Position numbers and translations under genes: made by a program
Shown here: piece after piece, positions 59,093-64,000 of the stretch
How the letters are laid out: every line of letters begins with the position of its first letter
Position numbering within the stretch: position 1 is the stretch's first letter
The notes under the pieces: model-generated
The model's database searches: none
The model's input: only the letters and a program-made list of their open reading frames with translations
What the model was told of the DNA's origin: nothing
NCBI GenBank assembly: GCA_965240325.2
Contig: OZ251253.1
Span: forward strand, 558,001-622,000
Source of the DNA: Rebecca billardiae RCC1528
Taxonomy: Eukaryota; Protista; Haptophyta
Reading direction: 5' to 3'
Length of the DNA: 64,000 bases

Positions 59093-59541
59093 GAGGAGAT
59101 GCTGTCGCGTTATTATTCGTCAGTGAGTCAGGTAGCTCACCATCATCTGTGTGTCGCATTGTTATTCGTCATCCTGCCCGTCAAACCGCTAAATAAAAGG
59201 CGCGAACCCGCTGGGGAATATTGCGACAGCACTGGCACGGCCCGCCGACCCCCCCGCCCGCCAGGGCAGAGTTTATATATATATATTACGGCCCCGGCCT
59301 CCCGCCGCCGCCTTGGCTGAGTCTATCATCACGTATACTATCATATCAGTCTACATCAGCTAGACGACTGCTTATGCTAGTTAGTACACACGCGCGGCGC
59401 GGTATGATGAGTGACTTACTGTGAGCAGCAGCGCATATATATGCTCATCGTCATCCCCGACCATACACACGCGACGACGCGGCAGTGCTATGGTAGCATC
59501 AGCAGTCATCGCCGTGTCGGTTCGTCTATACCTCCATTGTG

Positions 59542-61289
59542 TCAGGTGGGCACGACCACGCGCGGGATGAGCAGCCGCACGTACGCGTGGACAAACCGGC
59601 CGAGCATCACGCAGTGCAGCGCGTCCGCCGCCATCAGCGCGTGCTGCGTGTCGCCCTCGTGGTACAGCACCGCCCACATCAGCAGCCGCACGGCGCGCGA
59701 GAGGGCGAGGAGCAAGACGGCGTGCCCCGTGAGCGCGGACACGCGCGCCTGCGCCCGGCGAGGCGAGGCGCGGCGCGGGCCGGGGCAGGCGGTCGCGTGA
59801 GCGGCGCCGCGTGCGCGCAAACGTGCGCGCGCGGCGGGAGGGGCGGCGGCGCGGTGCGGCGAGCGGCGGCGCGCACCGTCGCAAGGAGCAGCCTGCGCTG
59901 CGGCACGAGCGCCGCCGCCTCGATGAAGATGGACGCGCCGATCGAGGCGTAGGTCAGAGGCGGGTAACGGGTAACCGTTGAGAGGGTGGCGGCGAGCGCG
60001 GCGCACGCGACGCACACGCGCACGGCGGGGAAGCTGCCGTCGGCGCTGGCGCTGGCGCTCGCGCCGGAGACGGGCGCGGGGAGCGTGCCCGCGGAGGGCG
60101 AGGGCGACGCCACGCCGCCGGGCAGCACGCCGCCTGCCTCGGCCGCGTGCACGCCCACGCCGGTGCTCGCCGCCGCCGCCGCCGCCGCCGCCGCGCGCCG
60201 CGCGCCCAACCCGCCGCCGAGCGCTGACGCGCTCGCCCATGCGCTCGCCTGCTCGGGGCTGGCGCGCGCGCCCCCCGCGGCGGCGCGCGGCGCGGCGAGG
60301 TGGCTGCCGCCCTCGGCCCCGCCCCCGCCCTCGCCCAGCGCGCCGCCGCCGCCGCCGCCGCGCAAGCGCCCCGGCTCCACCGCGGCCGAGCTGACGCGCG
60401 ACAGCTGCGCAGGGCGGCGCGCGTGCGCGCGCATCAGCAGCAGCAGCAGCACCGCGGCGGCGGGCAGCTCGAGGCGCACGACCCAGTGCTGCCCGAAGTG
60501 CGAGACGGCGCAGAAGACGCTGCGCGCGAGCACCGCCGCCAGCTGCATCCCGAGCGTCTTGCCCGACACCGCGCACAGCGACGCGGGCGCGGTGCGCGCC
60601 CCCCACAGCTGAAGCGCGTGTGATGCGCACTGGCAGAGGCCACTCAGCTCAAACAGCCAGACGATGTGCCTCGGCTCGACCCAGTCGAAGAGGCCCTCGG
60701 ACGCGGGCTCGTCGGGCTCGGGGGCGGGCGCGCCGGCACCACCCGCGCCGCCGCCCCGCCGCGCCGCGTCCGCCGCCGCGAGCCGCGCGCGCCGCTGCAG
60801 CACCGCGGCCGCCTCGGCCGCGTCCGATTCTCGCGCCGCGGCCTCCTCCTCCTCCTCCGCGGCGTGGATGGCGTCGCGCTCCTCGGGCGAGAGGAGGTTC
60901 CAGTGCCGGCGTAACCGCTTGGTGCTCACGTGCTTGCGCCGCATCGCCCGGTGCACCCCCGCCTCGGCGTCGCCCGCGCGCTCGGCCAGCGCCGCCTCAC
61001 GCCCGGCCTGCCACGACGTGCGCACGGGCCGCGAGAAGCCCTGCTGCACCGCGTGCACCTGCGCGACGCCCATCTTGCCCTTGCACCGGCCGCACGAGCG
61101 GGTGCAGTACGTGTACATGTACTCCGGGTTGCGCGGGCACTCGCCCGCGCGCGCCCAGTCCGCGCACGACGTGTGGTCGTCCGCGCACGGCGCGGCGCGC
61201 GCGCCGCGCGCGCTCAGCGCGCCGAGCGCCGTCGCGAGCAGCGCGGCGCTGACGAGCGGCGGCGGCGCGCGCGCGCGGCGGCTCGCCAT
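59542..61289 (-). CDS. ShKT-domain + ERD2/KDEL-receptor-like membrane protein (~539 aa); exons 61289-59877 and 59748-59542
   Basis: Signal-peptide-like N-terminus; ShKT CADDHTSCADWARAGECPRNPEYMYTYCTRSCGRC; ERD2-like motifs SLCAVSGKTL...LAR, SIFIEAAALVPQ and VSALTGHAVLLLALSR. One phase-0 intron. Confidence 0.8.
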
Positions 61290-61619
61290 CGTGTGCGCTC
61301 GCATGCCGCCGTGCCTCGCGCCGACGCCCGCCTCCGCGCGCCGTGCGAGCCGCGGGGCGAACCCTTGCCGGTGCGCCTAACCGCTCCCAGCGTCTTGCTT
61401 TCGCGAGCAGAAAGCAAGACGCTAGCCCAACCCGGCCAGACAGACCTAGCCCAACCCCTCCAGGTCATCACCTGCCGCAGAGTCCGGGGGCTAGACAGCA
61501 ACAGCCGGACTTGTCACTGGGCCGCCGCCCGCGCGGCAGCGGGCGGCGGTCAGTGGGTGCTTCACGAACGGGAGGGCAGCCACAAGCCGCGCGCGCCCCG
61601 GCCGCGGGCGCGCCCAGCG

Positions 61620-61835
61620 ATGCAGCCGAGCCCGCCGCAGCCGGCGCCCGCGCCGCAGGACCCGAAGGTGGCACCCGGCTCCGCCGCATCCTTCGACGAC
61701 CTTGCGCAGTCCCTCGAGTCGAGCTTTGTCGACCTCCCGGACCTCGTCGACGAGAACGGCCAGGTGGTGCCCGAGTCCGAGCGGCCGCCGAGCTTCAACC
61801 CGTTCGTGCACTCGCGCGCGACGACGAGCGGGTAG
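61620..61835 (+). CDS. Small acidic/Pro-rich hypothetical protein (71 aa)
   Basis: MQPSPPQP...FVDLPDLVDENGQVVPE, with strong C/G third-position bias. Divergent from the ShKT gene. Confidence 0.5.
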   Translation: MQPSPPQPAPAPQDPKVAPGSAASFDDLAQSLESSFVDLPDLVDENGQVVPESERPPSFNPFVHSRATTSG

Positions 61836-62245
61836 GCGTGGACGCTGGGCCGCGCTTCGGGACGGTGGCCATGGAGGCTCGTTGCGCCGGCCGTGCCGCG
61901 CGCCAGTGGCCTGACACTTTACCGAGCTCAGTACGTCTGTCACTGAGAGTACTTGGCCCGTCACTGTCAGCGCTGCCAGCGGTCCGCGTGACCGGCAGTT
62001 AGTCTCACGAACTAAGTCCTCATACACGAGCGCTGAACCCACCTGCATATTGATATATTGTTGATGCCTGCCCGTCCCTCGACGGTGAACCGGCGTCACG
62101 CCACCGACCGCGGGCCGACACGCCTGCACCGCTCCCGGATCAACCGATTCCGCCGAGCCTACTGCCTAGTCCTCGCTCTCAGACCAGAGACCTCACGCCC
62201 ACGCCCACGGGCCCGCGTCACGGGGGAGCCGAATCGGAGCCGGCC

Positions 62246-63424
62246 TTACGCGGCCGGATCGAGCCCGCAGGCCAGTCGCATGGCTGGCAGCACGGCCGTG
62301 ACGTACTGGACCGCCATCCACGCGCGGTCCGTGAAGCTCACGCGCGGCTGCAGGCCGCCCTCGCTGCACGCGGCGCGCGCGGCCGCGAGCGTCTCCCGGC
62401 CCTTCTCGGCGCGCAGCGGCGCCCCCATTGACGGCAGCATCAGCATCCAGCCGAAGATGTCCATGCTGTGGAGCAGCCCGTCGGCGCCCGGCGGCGCGCG
62501 TCGGCGCACGTTGAACGCGAGGCCCGAGAGGTAGTCCGCGTACTTGTTCAGCCCCTCCGAGCTTGTGTGCGCGAACATGGACGGCATACCGAGCGCGTCC
62601 GCCACCACGAGGCCATGCAGGGAGGATGTGACCAGCAGGTCGCAGTCGAGCAGCTCGTTCAGCACGCCCTTGGGCGGCTGGTCGACGGAGATCACGCGCA
62701 GCTTGGAGAGCCAGCCGAGCACCTTGAGCCGCTTGTCCGTCATGTGCGGCATCAGGCAGATGCCGCCGCCGCCCACGTGCGCCAGCCCGCGGAGCCACGG
62801 CAGCAGCTCGGGCACGAACAGCGCGGGGTCGCCAAAGACGGCGGGCACGTGCCGCACGCCGAGCGCGAGCAGGCGGTCGCGGCTGAGGCGGCCGCGGACG
62901 GAGGTGACGCGCAGGTCCGCCCACGCGGGGTCGGGCTTGACGACGCCCGCCGGCGCGGCGTGGAACCCCGCGCCGGCGACGATGTCCCCGACCCGAGCGC
63001 CTTCGAGCGTCGAGCCGCCCAGCAGGAGCTTGCTGAAGTGGCGCTTGTCAGGGTCGGCGCCGCCGCTCAGCGCGCGGAAGAGCTCGACGCTGAGGTCCTC
63101 GCCAAAGTTGTACCCGTTCGGGCCGGGCCGCTGGAGCACCTTCATTCGGGGCGCGCACGGCTGACCACGCATCGTGCGGTTGACGAGCGCTCCGAGCGTC
63201 GCGCGCAGCTCGGCGCGCGCGGCGGGCGTGCCCTGAAAGCGCACGCGCTCGGCCTGCGAGAGCGGCTTGCACGCGGCGTTGGGCGCTGGCGCGGTGGGCG
63301 CCACGCCGTTTGCGGAGGCGAGGGGTGGCGTGGGGATGGGCGTGCCCACACCCCACGCGCCCCGCAGCCAAGCCGCCGCGACGAGCAGTGCCCACCGCGA
63401 TACCGCGGGCCACGCGAGCGGCAT
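62246..63424 (-). CDS. Polysaccharide pyruvyl transferase family protein (ExoV/WcaK-like) with N-terminal signal/anchor
   Basis: Motifs NFGEDLS, SVRGRLSR, FGDPALF, LMPH and TSSLHGLVVADALGMP. Intronless 392-aa ORF. Confidence 0.85.
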   Translation of the reverse strand: MPLAWPAVSRWALLVAAAWLRGAWGVGTPIPTPPLASANGVAPTAPAPNAACKPLSQAERVRFQGTPAARAELRATLGALVNRTMRGQPCAPRMKVLQRPGPNGYNFGEDLSVELFRALSGGADPDKRHFSKLLLGGSTLEGARVGDIVAGAGFHAAPAGVVKPDPAWADLRVTSVRGRLSRDRLLALGVRHVPAVFGDPALFVPELLPWLRGLAHVGGGGICLMPHMTDKRLKVLGWLSKLRVISVDQPPKGVLNELLDCDLLVTSSLHGLVVADALGMPSMFAHTSSEGLNKYADYLSGLAFNVRRRAPPGADGLLHSMDIFGWMLMLPSMGAPLRAEKGRETLAAARAACSEGGLQPRVSFTDRAWMAVQYVTAVLPAMRLACGLDPAA

Positions 63425-63559
63425 CGTCCGCGCAAGCTTGGTCCGCGATACCGTCGCCGACTTGATGCAGATCCCGCTGTCGAGATCTCCGATCCGCCGG
63501 GGAGGCCGGGTTACTGGCGGCTTTCATCCGCGCTACTTTTTAAAATGCGGTCCGGTCCG

Positions 63560-64000
63560 TCAGTGCTCGGTCGCGGGCGGTGGGCCGGGCGACTGCTTCG
63601 CCATATACAGCACATGCCTGATCAGGTGTTCCACCCACAGGCTCTCCCTCGCCTCCATCGTCGCGAGGTGGCCGTAGTCCTGGGTGGTGAGCGCCGGAAC
63701 CCTCGCTTCCCCCTTCAGGCGAAAATGCATCTGGATGCCGGCCCCGAGCAGCGGCACGCCCAGCACGGGCTCGAGCGCCATCAGCGACGGCGCCCACGCG
63801 TCGATGCACCCGACCCACGCGACGCGCGGGTGGTCGATCAGCCGCCCTGCCAGGGCGCTGGGCGAGAGGCGCGCGATGGCGCCACTGCGGCGCACGGTGT
63901 CCTGGCTACCCTGGTACCCCCAGAGCTTCTCGTAGTAGAGCAGTTGCGAGCTCAGCGCCTCCCGCTGGTACTCCTCCGACCGGATCCACGCGGAGAAGTT
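63560..64000 (-). CDS. 3' end of a protein-coding gene running off the window (possibly sulfotransferase-like)
   Basis: Open frame NFSAWIRSEE...AWVGCIDAWAPSLMALEPVLG...ESLW to the stop at 63560. The family call is weak. Confidence 0.55.
   Translation of the reverse strand, partial: NFSAWIRSEEYQREALSSQLLYYEKLWGYQGSQDTVRRSGAIARLSPSALAGRLIDHPRVAWVGCIDAWAPSLMALEPVLGVPLLGAGIQMHFRLKGEARVPALTTQDYGHLATMEARESLWVEHLIRHVLYMAKQSPGPPPATEH

Overview
This is GC-rich eukaryotic genomic DNA with short GC-rich GT-AG introns and AT-rich intergenic patches. The style suggests a haptophyte alga such as Diacronema/Pavlova (inference only). Host genes: a homeodomain gene; a giant ~6,260-aa polycystin-1/REJ-like receptor (RCC1 repeats, ~3,100-aa Ser-Pro3 stalk, TIG, REJ, EGF, GPS, TM segments, EF-hands); a ShKT + ERD2/KDEL-receptor-like fusion; a polysaccharide pyruvyl transferase-family gene; and several small or degraded ORFs. 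Mobile DNA: a recent Gag-only LTR retroelement (3098-6554); an intron-containing piggyBac-family transposase gene; several satellites; and cassettes bounded by inverted repeats. The most notable feature is two families of split-direct-repeat (Ngaro/PAT-type) tyrosine-recombinase retroelements that both lack reverse transcriptase. One (36715-42102) encodes a Gag-like/RNase H fusion plus a recombinase. The other (12956-16453, two copies tail-to-tail) has no recognisable protein-coding domain. Their repeats are otherwise dissimilar, yet they share four ordered structured cis-elements, several with compensatory changes: a hairpin array, a pre-B hairpin, the B/A junction palindrome and an A2-B2 spacer hairpin. 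All coordinates were read by eye and no searches were run.
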